Notes under the pieces: model-generated
The model's database searches: none
What the model was told of the DNA's origin: nothing
The model's input: the letters and a program-made list of their open reading frames with translations, nothing else
In this document: positions 37,010-46,806 of the stretch, in pieces
Layout of the letters: each line of letters starts with the position of its first letter
Numbering within the stretch: position 1 is the first letter of the stretch
Position numbers and translations under genes: made by a program
From: a virus
Virus record (IMG/VR): IMGVR_UViG_3300035670_000178
Coordinates: 3,036 to 67,035 of that record
Length of the DNA stretch: 64,000 bases
Direction: 5' to 3' (one strand)

Positions 37010-39151
37010 ATGCGAACCATTCCCCCTAACATGCTTGCTGCATTCCAAGAGCAGCAAGGACTCGACTTGAAGTTCATAGTCGAAGTAATCTGGGACGAGG
37101 GCGAAGATCCGATCATGTATTCAACTTGCGAATACGACGGGTTGGAAGTCTACCCTTACGTCAAAGAGTTCGGCACTTTTCAGTCCGTCTCTCACGTAGA
37201 GGGGCTCGGCGCCGTGAGTTCAATGGAAGTAGTGTTCTATGATCAATTCGGCCACTTCAAAGAGAAGTTGAACAACGTTGATCTTGTCGAGCGAGCCACC
37301 GCCACGGTCTATTTGACGTTGGACGGCTCGGAACTGTTCGACTTGTTCGAGGGCAAGATTAGCGATAGCGCTTCGTGGGCTAACAACGAATTCAAAATCG
37401 AAGTGCTCAGTGAAAACATCGATAAAGAAGTCGGCTATCAGCCCAGTATCGACGACGTCGACGAAACCGAACCAGACTATGAGTTCCTCGAACGGCACCT
37501 CAACACATCGTCGGCTTGGCCCGCCGTCTTCGGCACGGTTAAGAACTACGAGATTCCCATTATCTGGACTCAACGTGAAGCCGTAACCGAAGAAGACATC
37601 AGTTACGAACCGGGTTCCGACCCGCCGTACTATGAACTCAAGATTGACCAGCATGATGATTTCACCCTTGACACAGAATACTTCGTGAACATCGTCGGCA
37701 AGATCAATTCTGTATTCTCAATCCTCGGCTACGGTGTATTCACGGACAATGAAGACGGCGATCCTGTCTTTCGACTCACGAAAGAAGGAGTACACTCTAA
37801 CTGGTACAAGAACATCGCCTTCACGATCCTCGATAACAACGGAATCGTAGGCGACACCGATCAACCCACTACACGAATAACGATCGAACCCGGCCCAGTA
37901 ACAATCGACGAAGTCGAATTACACACGCTCGGCCCCGACGGTGAAGAGACGACTTCCGTCTGGCTTCAGTTCATGAAGTTAGAGATCCGTTACTCTTTCA
38001 TGGCGTTATCCGGCCCCGGAGCTTCCAGCAAGATAACACTTTCTAAGTATGTCAATTGCTCTAGGCAGCAAGGCAATGTGATTACTTTAAATGAAAACTT
38101 GTCTTTAGTTGGCGGAGCATTTGATATATACATTCGCACCGTGAGTAAAGCCAACGACATCATCTATCAGATCCCTTCGGGTTCTAAGATATACATCATG
38201 GGTGATCGAATCGGCTACGCCGTAGACACAAAGACAGATACAGTAATCGATCGAATCGCAATCAAGCACGGCGACGAACTTGTAACAATCGATCCGGCTG
38301 CTTACGAAGTCAGCACGGCTGCTCTCTGGATCGGCACCCACCCTCCCGTGAAGTACATTCATATGCTCGGTGAAGTCTACATGCGCTACATCGAACATTA
38401 TGCTTTGGAAGGGAACAGCAACGAAGGCTTGCTTGCTTCGGCACACAATACTTACAATAGCGAAGCCGAGGCCATAGCACAACTGACCGACATTCCTACG
38501 ATCGATCTGGTGCCGAATGAAACGAACTTCGTATATCTTTCCGTAGAAGACGCGCAGGATGTCGTACCGGAGATCGCTTGGCAAGCGAACAAAGCTGTCC
38601 GGTACACCCGTGAAAACAACGATGACGTGCTCGAACTGATCGACTTGACAGACACAACGACACCTGCTGTGTATTCGTTCACAGAAGATAACATTCTGTT
38701 CGGTAGCGTAGAGTACGGGTTCACGTCGAAAGACAATCTCTACACCGTGTTCAAAGCATCGTTTCAGACCAACAATCTATTGAAGGATCTCGAAACGATT
38801 CGCATGAAAAAGAACAATGACATCTACGGTGAGGAAGTCCTCGAAACAGACTATTACATCTTCAAGAGCAAGACTGTAGCGAAACAAAAACTTTCCTGGT
38901 GGAAGGACAAACTAAGCCGGTTCTATTACACAATCAAACTGACCGGGTTCATGGATGCCTTCGGGCTGGAAGTTTGGGATAGGGTTCATGTGAGCCTCGA
39001 TCCCTCTACGTTCTACGATCCGGCTGACGGCACTCCTTACACCCACACTCACGACGCAGATCCACAGCCGATCATCGGCTATGGCAGAATCAAAGAGATA
39101 GCACCAGACTTGACAACTGGTCTGGTCGAATTCACAATCGAGGTAGAGTAA
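37010..39151 (+). CDS. tail tip / baseplate hub protein
   Basis: LFEGKI, PAVFGTV, IYGE, LEVWDRV motifs; 713 aa. Confidence 0.65.
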   Translation: MRTIPPNMLAAFQEQQGLDLKFIVEVIWDEGEDPIMYSTCEYDGLEVYPYVKEFGTFQSVSHVEGLGAVSSMEVVFYDQFGHFKEKLNNVDLVERATATVYLTLDGSELFDLFEGKISDSASWANNEFKIEVLSENIDKEVGYQPSIDDVDETEPDYEFLERHLNTSSAWPAVFGTVKNYEIPIIWTQREAVTEEDISYEPGSDPPYYELKIDQHDDFTLDTEYFVNIVGKINSVFSILGYGVFTDNEDGDPVFRLTKEGVHSNWYKNIAFTILDNNGIVGDTDQPTTRITIEPGPVTIDEVELHTLGPDGEETTSVWLQFMKLEIRYSFMALSGPGASSKITLSKYVNCSRQQGNVITLNENLSLVGGAFDIYIRTVSKANDIIYQIPSGSKIYIMGDRIGYAVDTKTDTVIDRIAIKHGDELVTIDPAAYEVSTAALWIGTHPPVKYIHMLGEVYMRYIEHYALEGNSNEGLLASAHNTYNSEAEAIAQLTDIPTIDLVPNETNFVYLSVEDAQDVVPEIAWQANKAVRYTRENNDDVLELIDLTDTTTPAVYSFTEDNILFGSVEYGFTSKDNLYTVFKASFQTNNLLKDLETIRMKKNNDIYGEEVLETDYYIFKSKTVAKQKLSWWKDKLSRFYYTIKLTGFMDAFGLEVWDRVHVSLDPSTFYDPADGTPYTHTHDADPQPIIGYGRIKEIAPDLTTGLVEFTIEVE

Positions 39152-39663
39152 TGGCATCCCGTGACATCAACAAATTAAAGCCCGGCTGTAAAGAAAAAGC
39201 GTACGCCCTCCTTGAACGCGCACCATTTGAGGTGCTCATTTATTGCACAGGACGATCCGCTGTAGAGCAAGCGAAGCTGTACCGGCAAAGCCGCACCAAG
39301 GCCGTGATCGAGCACAAGATCAGCGTCTACGAAAAGTACGGTCACTATGAGCTTGCGAAGATCCTTCGTGATGTTGGCCCACAACATGGGCCACACGTCA
39401 CTAAGGCCGGCCCTGGTGAATCCATCCATCAGTACTGGTTGGCGTTCGACGCTGTACCAATCATCAACGGCAAACTTGCTTGGGACACCAAGAAGTACGC
39501 CGACCAATGGTCGGTCATCGGAAAGATCGCCACTGAGCTTGGGTTGAACTGGGGCGGCAATTGGCCGAAGTGGGCGGACTTCCCGCACTTCCAAGACGCG
39601 CCATCAGGCAATCCTCTTAAGCTAGGCTGGAAAGACTGCATCTTTACGGAAGACGATCTATGA
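39151..39663 (+). CDS. endolysin, M15 family peptidase (L-Ala-D-Glu type)
   Basis: RS..EQAKLY, SIHQYWLAFD, WGGNW, DFPHFQ. Confidence 0.9.
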   Translation: MASRDINKLKPGCKEKAYALLERAPFEVLIYCTGRSAVEQAKLYRQSRTKAVIEHKISVYEKYGHYELAKILRDVGPQHGPHVTKAGPGESIHQYWLAFDAVPIINGKLAWDTKKYADQWSVIGKIATELGLNWGGNWPKWADFPHFQDAPSGNPLKLGWKDCIFTEDDL

Positions 39664-40253
39664 ATGTTTTGCTGGCCTGTGAAGAATCTCAAGAAGTTTG
39701 TCTAGCTTTTAGGGAGAAAGGCCACTTTGCTTACAGCTGCGATCTTCAGGAATGTTCTGGCGGACATCCAGAATGGCATTTGCAAATGGATGTATTCGAT
39801 GCCTTTAACGAGTTAGACTGGGATCTAGTGATTGCATTCCCTCCTTGCACGCACTTAGCAACTAGTGGCGCTCGTTGGTTCAAGGAAAAGCAAAGAGATG
39901 GCAGACAGTACCAAGCCTATAAGTTTTTCATAGAAATGGCCAGCACGAAGTTTGAACGGTTAGCCATTGAAAATCCGATAGGCATCATGTCTAAGCTGTA
40001 CCGTAAGCCAGATCAAATCGTCCACCCGTGGATGTTTGGCGATCCTTATTCTAAGGCTACTTGTTTGTGGCTGAGAGGGCTTCCTCTGCTACAGCCTACG
40101 AATATAGTCGATAAAGGTGATTATGAGTTGACGAACGGCGGTAATCTCATACCGAGTTGGTACAATCTTCCGCCATCCGAAGATAGAGCAAAGATGAGAA
40201 GTAAAACATTCCCAGGCTTAGCTAAAGCTATGGCCGATCAATGGAGTTTCTAA
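39660..40253 (+). CDS. short phage DNA cytosine methyltransferase-like protein
   Basis: VLLACEES, FPPCTHL, IENP, K.TCLWL, RSKTFPG.A.AMADQW. Confidence 0.8.
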   Translation: MNVLLACEESQEVCLAFREKGHFAYSCDLQECSGGHPEWHLQMDVFDAFNELDWDLVIAFPPCTHLATSGARWFKEKQRDGRQYQAYKFFIEMASTKFERLAIENPIGIMSKLYRKPDQIVHPWMFGDPYSKATCLWLRGLPLLQPTNIVDKGDYELTNGGNLIPSWYNLPPSEDRAKMRSKTFPGLAKAMADQWSF

Positions 40254-40254
40254 C

Positions 40255-40503
40255 GTGATCACCTTACCAAATGGAAACAAGTTTCGGGACAAAGCTGGCG
40301 ACCCTCTGACGCTCGAAGGTTACATTCCCGATCCCAACAATCCGAAAATGCTCATTCAACAGTTTCTCCCATGCAAGTATCGGGAGATGAAAGTATGCGC
40401 CACGTGTCCCGCGTCAAAAGCAAAAAAACTGCGACCTTCTTGTAAACTCAAGAAGATCGCAGTCAGGTTGACTTGCGTCGGCTGCCTAGAACGGAAAACG
40501 TAA
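40255..40503 (+). CDS. small Cys-rich protein
   Basis: Six cysteines; last gene before the convergence point. Confidence 0.5.
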   Translation: MITLPNGNKFRDKAGDPLTLEGYIPDPNNPKMLIQQFLPCKYREMKVCATCPASKAKKLRPSCKLKKIAVRLTCVGCLERKT

Positions 40504-41055
40504 CATTCTCTTATACGCCTTCGACATAGCCATCGCTTGCTGCAAAGCCGTATACTTGAGATCAAGCGGCGCTTCACAGTTGTTCAAGATATACCGTAAG
40601 GTAGTCTTCGAGAACGGGATAACTTTATCTTCCCCTTCGTGAAGATCATTCATGTACAACGAAACAGCTTTCAAGTCTCTAGCCTTATCGCAGAACGCAA
40701 GTTTGAACCCAGACTCAGAGACAAAGCTAGTCAAGAATTCTTTAGTCACAGGCCAGTCATACACTAGTGGTATGATCTGGCCTTTTTTTATGTGCAAATC
40801 AAACCACTCATCAAACAAATCCCATACTTCCGTGTGGCGCTTAGCGAAGATTCGGTCTTGCAGCTTCAACTTCTTTTCGTGCTCTGGGCTGACTCGAATA
40901 TACTTCTCAAAGATTTGCTTGAAGATAGGGTTGTAGTTCAAATCCAACGGCAATATGCAGATGTGATATATTTCATCCGTCTTTGGATCTTTACCAGTGG
41001 TACGAATACCAATGGAACACATCACATTACCGTTGAGTGTTTTACCCATACGCAT
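40486..41055 (-). CDS. DEDD exonuclease-like protein with degenerate catalytic motif
   Basis: SIGIRTTGKDP..DEI aligns with DxETTGLDP. Confidence 0.65.
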   Translation of the reverse strand: MRMGKTLNGNVMCSIGIRTTGKDPKTDEIYHICILPLDLNYNPIFKQIFEKYIRVSPEHEKKLKLQDRIFAKRHTEVWDLFDEWFDLHIKKGQIIPLVYDWPVTKEFLTSFVSESGFKLAFCDKARDLKAVSLYMNDLHEGEDKVIPFSKTTLRYILNNCEAPLDLKYTALQQAMAMSKAYKRMLRFPF

Positions 41056-41813
41056 TCGTACCGTCCTTTCTCTCTAGACCCTATGTTTGCTTGGGCTTGC
41101 CAACATTCTCGGTAATCCCAATACTTCATTTCATCATAGTAGTCACAAGGCTCGCCACTGAGTATCACCTTCCCATCAATATCACCGATCAATTGAAGTA
41201 ACCTTCTGTGCTCACGTTCGCCAAAGTCTTCTTCGTCGTACATCCCATTGTATGCGCTAACGTAAGGTGGATCGATATAAAAGATTGTACTTTCTGAGTC
41301 ATACTTTTCTATGACTTCAAAACAATCTTTATTCAACACCTTAACATCTAGCAACCTCTCGTGAATCTTTCTGAAGAATGGAAGACGATCATATATTTTC
41401 TTCGCGTCGGAAGAATTCTCCATTCTTCTCCCGAAGTGCTGACCTTTCTTAGAAAATGATGCTATCGTCAAGTACCAGAAAGCAACAGCAGCGTCCAGCC
41501 CTTCAAGTTCACTGTTCAGATAATCTTGGAACTGCTCTCTAGAGTATGGGTGCATTTCCATCTTGAACAGCAACTCTTCAAGTGTGTCCGGATCTTGAAG
41601 AACCTTAAAGAAGTTGACTACATTCTTGTTGAGATCGTTAAGGACATCGCAGAAATGAGGTTCCGTGTTTAACAGGACTACTCCGCTTCCAGCAAAAGGC
41701 TCCACATAGTAGTCGGGTTCATAATCAATGTGTTTCAAGATCTTGTCTAGAAACTTTTCTTTATTACCAACCCAACCGAATGGACTCTTTATGCGTTCTT
41801 GACCCATACGCAT
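41022..41813 (-). CDS. Dam-family DNA adenine methyltransferase
   Basis: YVEPFAGSG, NDLN, FYIDPPY. Confidence 0.9.
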   Translation of the reverse strand: MRMGQERIKSPFGWVGNKEKFLDKILKHIDYEPDYYVEPFAGSGVVLLNTEPHFCDVLNDLNKNVVNFFKVLQDPDTLEELLFKMEMHPYSREQFQDYLNSELEGLDAAVAFWYLTIASFSKKGQHFGRRMENSSDAKKIYDRLPFFRKIHERLLDVKVLNKDCFEVIEKYDSESTIFYIDPPYVSAYNGMYDEEDFGEREHRRLLQLIGDIDGKVILSGEPCDYYDEMKYWDYRECWQAQANIGSREKGRYECVWVKHSTVM

Positions 41814-42565
41814 TCGTACCGTCCTTTATGTCTCGACTCAGACTTGATCCTGACCGGAGCCGGCCACTTGTCTGTGTAGTCCCAGTAATCCATGTCATCA
41901 TAGTAGTCACAAGGTTCGCCGCTGAGAATCACCGTTCCTTGAACTTCACCAATCAAAGCAAGCAAAGCCTTGTGATCTTCTTCACTGAACTGAGGTCCAC
42001 TGTACGTTCCATGTTGCGTCCCCGTGTAAGGGGGATCTAGGTAGAAAACTGTTTCAGGGTGATCGAACTCGCGGATAATGTCAAATGCATTCTTACATTC
42101 AATGTAACAGTTTCGGATCCTGAGATGGATTTGTTCAAGCCCCGGAAGGCGTTCGTATACGCGACGCGTCTCGGCAGATGCTTGCATATTGCGACCGTAG
42201 TGTCGCCCAAGCCTGGAAAATGAAGTTTCAATTGTGTAGTACCAGGCGACAGCACGATCCACTGGATCAGGAAGGGTATGTCTATTGATGACATATTCAT
42301 CAAATTGCTCCCGTGAATGCGCATGCAGCTCCATCTTATGCACAAACTCATCGAGAGTTTCTTTCTCTCGAATGACTCTGAAGAAGTTGACGACATTCCC
42401 GTTCAAGTCATTGTAAACATCCAAGATGTGAAATGGAGTGTTCAACAACACAATACCCGATCCACCGAACGCATCGACAAATCGACTAGTATACGGAATC
42501 AACGGCAGGATCTTGTCAAGATGTGCCTTCTTCGATCCCGGCCAAACAAACGGTGCTTCAATCAT
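41789..42565 (-). CDS. Dam-family DNA adenine methyltransferase (paralogue)
   Basis: Start MIEAPF; FVDAFGGSG, NDLN, FYLDPPY. Confidence 0.9.
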   Translation of the reverse strand: MIEAPFVWPGSKKAHLDKILPLIPYTSRFVDAFGGSGIVLLNTPFHILDVYNDLNGNVVNFFRVIREKETLDEFVHKMELHAHSREQFDEYVINRHTLPDPVDRAVAWYYTIETSFSRLGRHYGRNMQASAETRRVYERLPGLEQIHLRIRNCYIECKNAFDIIREFDHPETVFYLDPPYTGTQHGTYSGPQFSEEDHKALLALIGEVQGTVILSGEPCDYYDDMDYWDYTDKWPAPVRIKSESRHKGRYECVWVKNA

Positions 42566-42735
42566 TTCGAGTACTCCAACAACAGAGCCAAGCCGAGTAG
42601 AATCAAGAACATCCAAACAACCAAAAATGTAGGGAAGCACTTGGTGTGCTTGAAATAATCGCAAACTCGTCGGGAAGCGTCACTAAGGAGAAGGCCCAAG
42701 AAAAACAACCCGCAAGCAAATATAAAAGAACTCAT
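42562..42735 (-). CDS. 57-aa two-TM membrane protein (not in the ORF track)
   Basis: MSSFIFACGLFFLGLLL...FLVVWMFLILLGLALLLEYSK; ATGA overlaps on both sides. Confidence 0.6.
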   Translation of the reverse strand: MSSFIFACGLFFLGLLLSDASRRVCDYFKHTKCFPTFLVVWMFLILLGLALLLEYSK

Positions 42736-43283
42736 TTGTTTCTCCTACCGAACATGTCGATCACCTTGCCTCGAAGGTCTTCAAGCGTTCCGTCGTTGAC
42801 GATCACTTCATCCCAATCAGTCCACTCTTCCATAACATCGTCTACTGAGTCGCCCTCAACCATGATGGTTGGCCGGACCACTTTGATGAGCACACCGCCT
42901 TTCTCACGAACCATCTTCGCCTCAACCGGGAAACGAAGATCAGATATGAGCATTCGTTCCCATTGCTCCAACTCTCGGCTAAGCACGGCCCGTGCAAAAC
43001 AGTCGGGACCCAACGTCTGTTTCAGACTTTGACCTACATCGATCAAGATCTGCCTAGGCGACTTGCCAAGCCTATCTATCTTCACTTCCTTTCTTTCAGG
43101 GTGAGCGTCGTAGAAAGACTTGCTGAAGAACTCAGGGACAAGTTCTTTACAACACGCATACAAGGGACGGGCGAACGAACAAATGACAGGATCAACCATC
43201 GTGTGTTTGTTCATGTAGTCTGCTAGAATGTTGACGCAAGTATCCTTACCCTGCTGTTTCCTGTGGCCGAATGCGAAGATCAT
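42732..43283 (-). CDS. deoxynucleoside monophosphate kinase
   Basis: GKDT, SFARPL, PRQIL..G, ISDLRFPVE, NDGTLEDL. Confidence 0.88.
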   Translation of the reverse strand: MIFAFGHRKQQGKDTCVNILADYMNKHTMVDPVICSFARPLYACCKELVPEFFSKSFYDAHPERKEVKIDRLGKSPRQILIDVGQSLKQTLGPDCFARAVLSRELEQWERMLISDLRFPVEAKMVREKGGVLIKVVRPTIMVEGDSVDDVMEEWTDWDEVIVNDGTLEDLRGKVIDMFGRRNK

Positions 43284-43284
43284 A

Positions 43285-45957
43285 TCAGATGCCTTTCTTC
43301 AAGTAACCGTTAATCACGGTGTAAGGATCGCTGGGCGGCTCTTCGGAATTAAGAGAGACGTTCGCCCAGTGCATAGTTTTGGCAAGCCCGTACTTACCGC
43401 GGACTGCACCGGTAAGCAACGCAACTTGTTTGTTGAATATACCCATAGTCAAGTGAGTCGTATCATTCTGACTAGAGAACGATTCCCACATGTCATTGAC
43501 CGACACGCAAGCACCGTCAATCTTGAACACATCGGACTGAACAAATCGTTCTATGTCGCTCACATTAGAATCAGCCAGCAACTCTTTACTGTCTGTTTCA
43601 ATCACGGGGATGCGAAGGCGGCCAGCAGTCTCTGGAATCTCAAGGTCAAGCAATTCTGTTGTGAAGTCTTGAGCTTCTTCTTCTAGCCGTCGGGTCATCT
43701 CCATCTTCGGAATTTCATTCTCCAAAGGATAGACAGGAATCACTACGATCCGAGTGTCGCCTGAGAAGACAGGCGCTGCGTTGGGATCGTTACTGAACTG
43801 AGCAAAGTGCATCGTATTTTCATTCATGAAGGGCGTCTCTCCCTTGCGGTGAATACTGATCTTCCGACTAGTCACCCAGTCTTTGATCTTGTTAATCACA
43901 GGGCCGCCGCGTTTGTTAGACAGGTTCAACTCTTCAATGATCCCGAGAACCGCGCCTTCAACTTCGCCGTTGAAGTTGCTCGAACTTTCTAGAGCCGTCG
44001 AGACTCGCATCACTCCCTTCGTCATCAACAAGTCAATCGCTTCGTGAAACGTCGACTTACCTGTATTCTCCTTACCGTAGAAAAACAAGTAAGGCAACGG
44101 CTGCTTCGGGTACTGAATTATCGAAGCGATCCAACACTTCAAGTAGTCACCGCCCGTGCTGAGCCCGTGCTGCATACACCAAGAATTCTCACGAATGGCT
44201 TCATCAAGTCCGCGGCCCAAGTGATTGAGAACAGCCATCCAAGTCGGGTAATGAAGGTTCGTCGCGTCCTCACGTCTAGTATACCGCAACTGCGCCGCGT
44301 TCTTGTTCCAACGTCGTCCACCGGGGTACTCAGGCTTGAACGGTTCGTTCACCAAGATCCAGTAGTTCTTAGTGAGACGACCAATCTCCATTTCACGTTC
44401 ACGCAACGTGTACCCCATAGAACTGATAACGCTCAGAACGTTTGTCCTAGGCTCTTCGATCCAAGTGTCTCCGAGTCCACGAATGAAGAATCCCGCGTCA
44501 GCACCTTCCGGCGTGACGCAGTGTCGAATATCTTCCTCACTCGTGTCTGTTTCGATCTTGTCAACGTTACGCACAGTCTCATGAGACATGAACTGGTACG
44601 ACTTCGGCTTCTTGATCCAGCCGGATACAGTTTGATCTTGAGGGAACGCATCGACTTCAAAGATCAGCTTATCGGTCTTCGCGTGCAAGCTAAGCCTCGC
44701 ACTACGGTTAGTCATATTCGGCGCAAGATTGACCTCGACTTCCATCGCTCTCGCCGCGGCAGCCGCATCTTCTACTTTCTCGAAGTAGAAGCTGCCATCT
44801 TTGTCCTCCAACCCACCGTGAATCTTGCAAGCAGTAGGGAAGTCTGGAACCCTGTTGTAATAGCACTGAGTCCAATCACCGGAGTCCCTCGTCCAAGTAA
44901 GTGCTTCAGTTACACCGCGGCCATGGCGGCGGACGCTCCACGATCCATCTTCCAGCGGGAACGCAAAGCAATTCTTTGTACTACTTCCCGTGGTCGCAGT
45001 CTCGAACGGGCCTTTCAGGCTCAGCTTCGTGTGAACTTCCTTCAAGGCCAACGTGTGCGTAATCAACATACCGTAATCACAGTTCCAGTATGTATCATAC
45101 TCGGTGATCTTGTTAAGCTCCTCGATCACGCGGCGGTGCTTGTCGTCGAGCGGAGTCATCAATCGACGCTTAGCCAACTCATTGAAGTTGTCTATCTCCG
45201 AGTCATCAATAAGATCCGGACGCAGACGCGAACGACGGCCGGTAACGACGCCGGAGTGCTCCCTCCAGTTAAGCGGTATCTCTTTGAGTACCTCACCTTT
45301 CTTAACTAGTTGAAGTCCTTCCGGCGTCATTTTGCTGGCCCACACCCAAAGGATCTGACCGAACTGATCTACCTTGGCTTGCAAGTCAAGCCCAGTGTCG
45401 ACCGACATTTTCGACAGAATCGAACGTGCAAGCGACTGATGTTCGGTATGCGTCTTGGAATCTGCGCCTTCGACGTACACGTAGATATGGTATCCACTGC
45501 CCGTGGTCGAAGTACGAATTGTAGCATATGGAAGGTTCTTAATCTTCTCGTAGATCTCAGCAAGCTCTTCTTTTGAAAGACCCTGCTTGTGATTCAAGAG
45601 AGAGTCGAAGTCGTAACCGACCCAAACAGATTGCTTGTTCTTCCAGTCCCACCCAGTCAATCCAATGCCTACCGCATACTCGGCCAAATCGAATGTCATT
45701 GGCGGATCGTCGTAGTGAGCACCTTCATTCATTGAGTCCCACGGAATGCGGAAAGGCTTGTAAATGACTCCGGTTTCTCGGCACTGGTAGGTCATGTACT
45801 TCTCGCCGCGAAACTCGTTGTCTTTGATGACGATGCTGTCTCGTTTGTCTACATATACTTGGCACTCCATATTCTCATTGTAATGCGCCACAAGATCCGC
45901 GGGCGCTCCGCAGTTGGCCAGGAAGGCTTTGATTGCCTGTGTTCTAGTTACCACCAC
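43285..45957 (-). CDS. primase-helicase (AEP primase plus SF3/D5-like ATPase)
   Basis: DFD and STTGSGYHIY at the N-terminus; GKENTGKST and IIEEL; probable GTG start after AGGAG. Confidence 0.82.
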   Translation of the reverse strand: MVVTRTQAIKAFLANCGAPADLVAHYNENMECQVYVDKRDSIVIKDNEFRGEKYMTYQCRETGVIYKPFRIPWDSMNEGAHYDDPPMTFDLAEYAVGIGLTGWDWKNKQSVWVGYDFDSLLNHKQGLSKEELAEIYEKIKNLPYATIRTSTTGSGYHIYVYVEGADSKTHTEHQSLARSILSKMSVDTGLDLQAKVDQFGQILWVWASKMTPEGLQLVKKGEVLKEIPLNWREHSGVVTGRRSRLRPDLIDDSEIDNFNELAKRRLMTPLDDKHRRVIEELNKITEYDTYWNCDYGMLITHTLALKEVHTKLSLKGPFETATTGSSTKNCFAFPLEDGSWSVRRHGRGVTEALTWTRDSGDWTQCYYNRVPDFPTACKIHGGLEDKDGSFYFEKVEDAAAAARAMEVEVNLAPNMTNRSARLSLHAKTDKLIFEVDAFPQDQTVSGWIKKPKSYQFMSHETVRNVDKIETDTSEEDIRHCVTPEGADAGFFIRGLGDTWIEEPRTNVLSVISSMGYTLREREMEIGRLTKNYWILVNEPFKPEYPGGRRWNKNAAQLRYTRREDATNLHYPTWMAVLNHLGRGLDEAIRENSWCMQHGLSTGGDYLKCWIASIIQYPKQPLPYLFFYGKENTGKSTFHEAIDLLMTKGVMRVSTALESSSNFNGEVEGAVLGIIEELNLSNKRGGPVINKIKDWVTSRKISIHRKGETPFMNENTMHFAQFSNDPNAAPVFSGDTRIVVIPVYPLENEIPKMEMTRRLEEEAQDFTTELLDLEIPETAGRLRIPVIETDSKELLADSNVSDIERFVQSDVFKIDGACVSVNDMWESFSSQNDTTHLTMGIFNKQVALLTGAVRGKYGLAKTMHWANVSLNSEEPPSDPYTVINGYLKKGI

Positions 45958-46450
45958 CCAGTCTCCTGTAGACTTCTTCGATCCGTTCCACTTTAACTTT
46001 CGTGTCGATTTCCAACACCTTACAGATGTTGTCGAGACGAAGATTCTTGAACAACGGCGGCTCGCTCCGCATACAACGGTTAAGGTTGTCCGTCTCAGCA
46101 AGCACCATCGTATCGATCATTCTGTTCTTGCCAAAGAACTCGACGGCAAACTTGGAGCCCAACGTGTTCACGATCATGTCGAAATCAAATCTGATATTAT
46201 GCCCAATTGCCGTGATGTCCTTGAATTGAGACAAGATCATTTCTTTCACTTGTTCTTTCTCAAGGAACCCGCCGGCTACAACCGCTGAGATGCCATTCAT
46301 TTCTTGAGCTTTCGCGTCGTAAATGTCCAGTCTCTCCGGCTTCATACGGTAGGTCACAGCGCCGAGCGCAAAGGGCTTGATTGAAAGCTCGATCACTTCA
46401 TGTGACCCTTGCTTCAACCCTGTGGTCTTTGTAGCAATGCTGCAAATCAT
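45944..46450 (-). CDS. DEDD exonuclease-like protein with degenerate ExoI motif
   Basis: SIATKTTGL, GHNIRFD, IDTM. Confidence 0.7.
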   Translation of the reverse strand: MICSIATKTTGLKQGSHEVIELSIKPFALGAVTYRMKPERLDIYDAKAQEMNGISAVVAGGFLEKEQVKEMILSQFKDITAIGHNIRFDFDMIVNTLGSKFAVEFFGKNRMIDTMVLAETDNLNRCMRSEPPLFKNLRLDNICKVLEIDTKVKVERIEEVYRRLGGGN

Positions 46451-46806
46451 TTAAGCTCTCCTAGTTTCTTTATTGCGGCTTTCGTCAAACAAATGCTTCC
46501 GCCCGTCTCAATGTCGTACACTCGAAACATACTCTTCTCAGGTACTACTATGTGTCTGCTGGAAATCTTGTACTTCGTGAATTCCTTGTACATCTTGACT
46601 GCGGTCTCTTCGATCTTTTCTTTGAGCACGCCGGACTTCGATTGAATTATGTTTCTTGGGTTGTCAATGTAAAGCCAGATCGTTCCAGTCGGCAAGCTGT
46701 CAGGCATCCAATAGTCCACACAAACTTTCCCGATCCCTCTACCGTAATGGCTCGTTCCGGTGAGGTTCTCGAAAATGTCATACGTATCTTGTGCCTCGAA
46801 TTTCAT
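46447..46806 (-). CDS. hypothetical protein
   Basis: In chain, AGGAG RBS. Confidence 0.55.
   Translation of the reverse strand: MKFEAQDTYDIFENLTGTSHYGRGIGKVCVDYWMPDSLPTGTIWLYIDNPRNIIQSKSGVLKEKIEETAVKMYKEFTKYKISSRHIVVPEKSMFRVYDIETGGSICLTKAAIKKLGELK

Noticed and set aside
44044-45309. Long antisense ORFs (421 aa here; also 17419-18426 and 60541-61341)
   Set aside because: They lie opposite well-supported genes with biased codon usage and have no recognisable motifs
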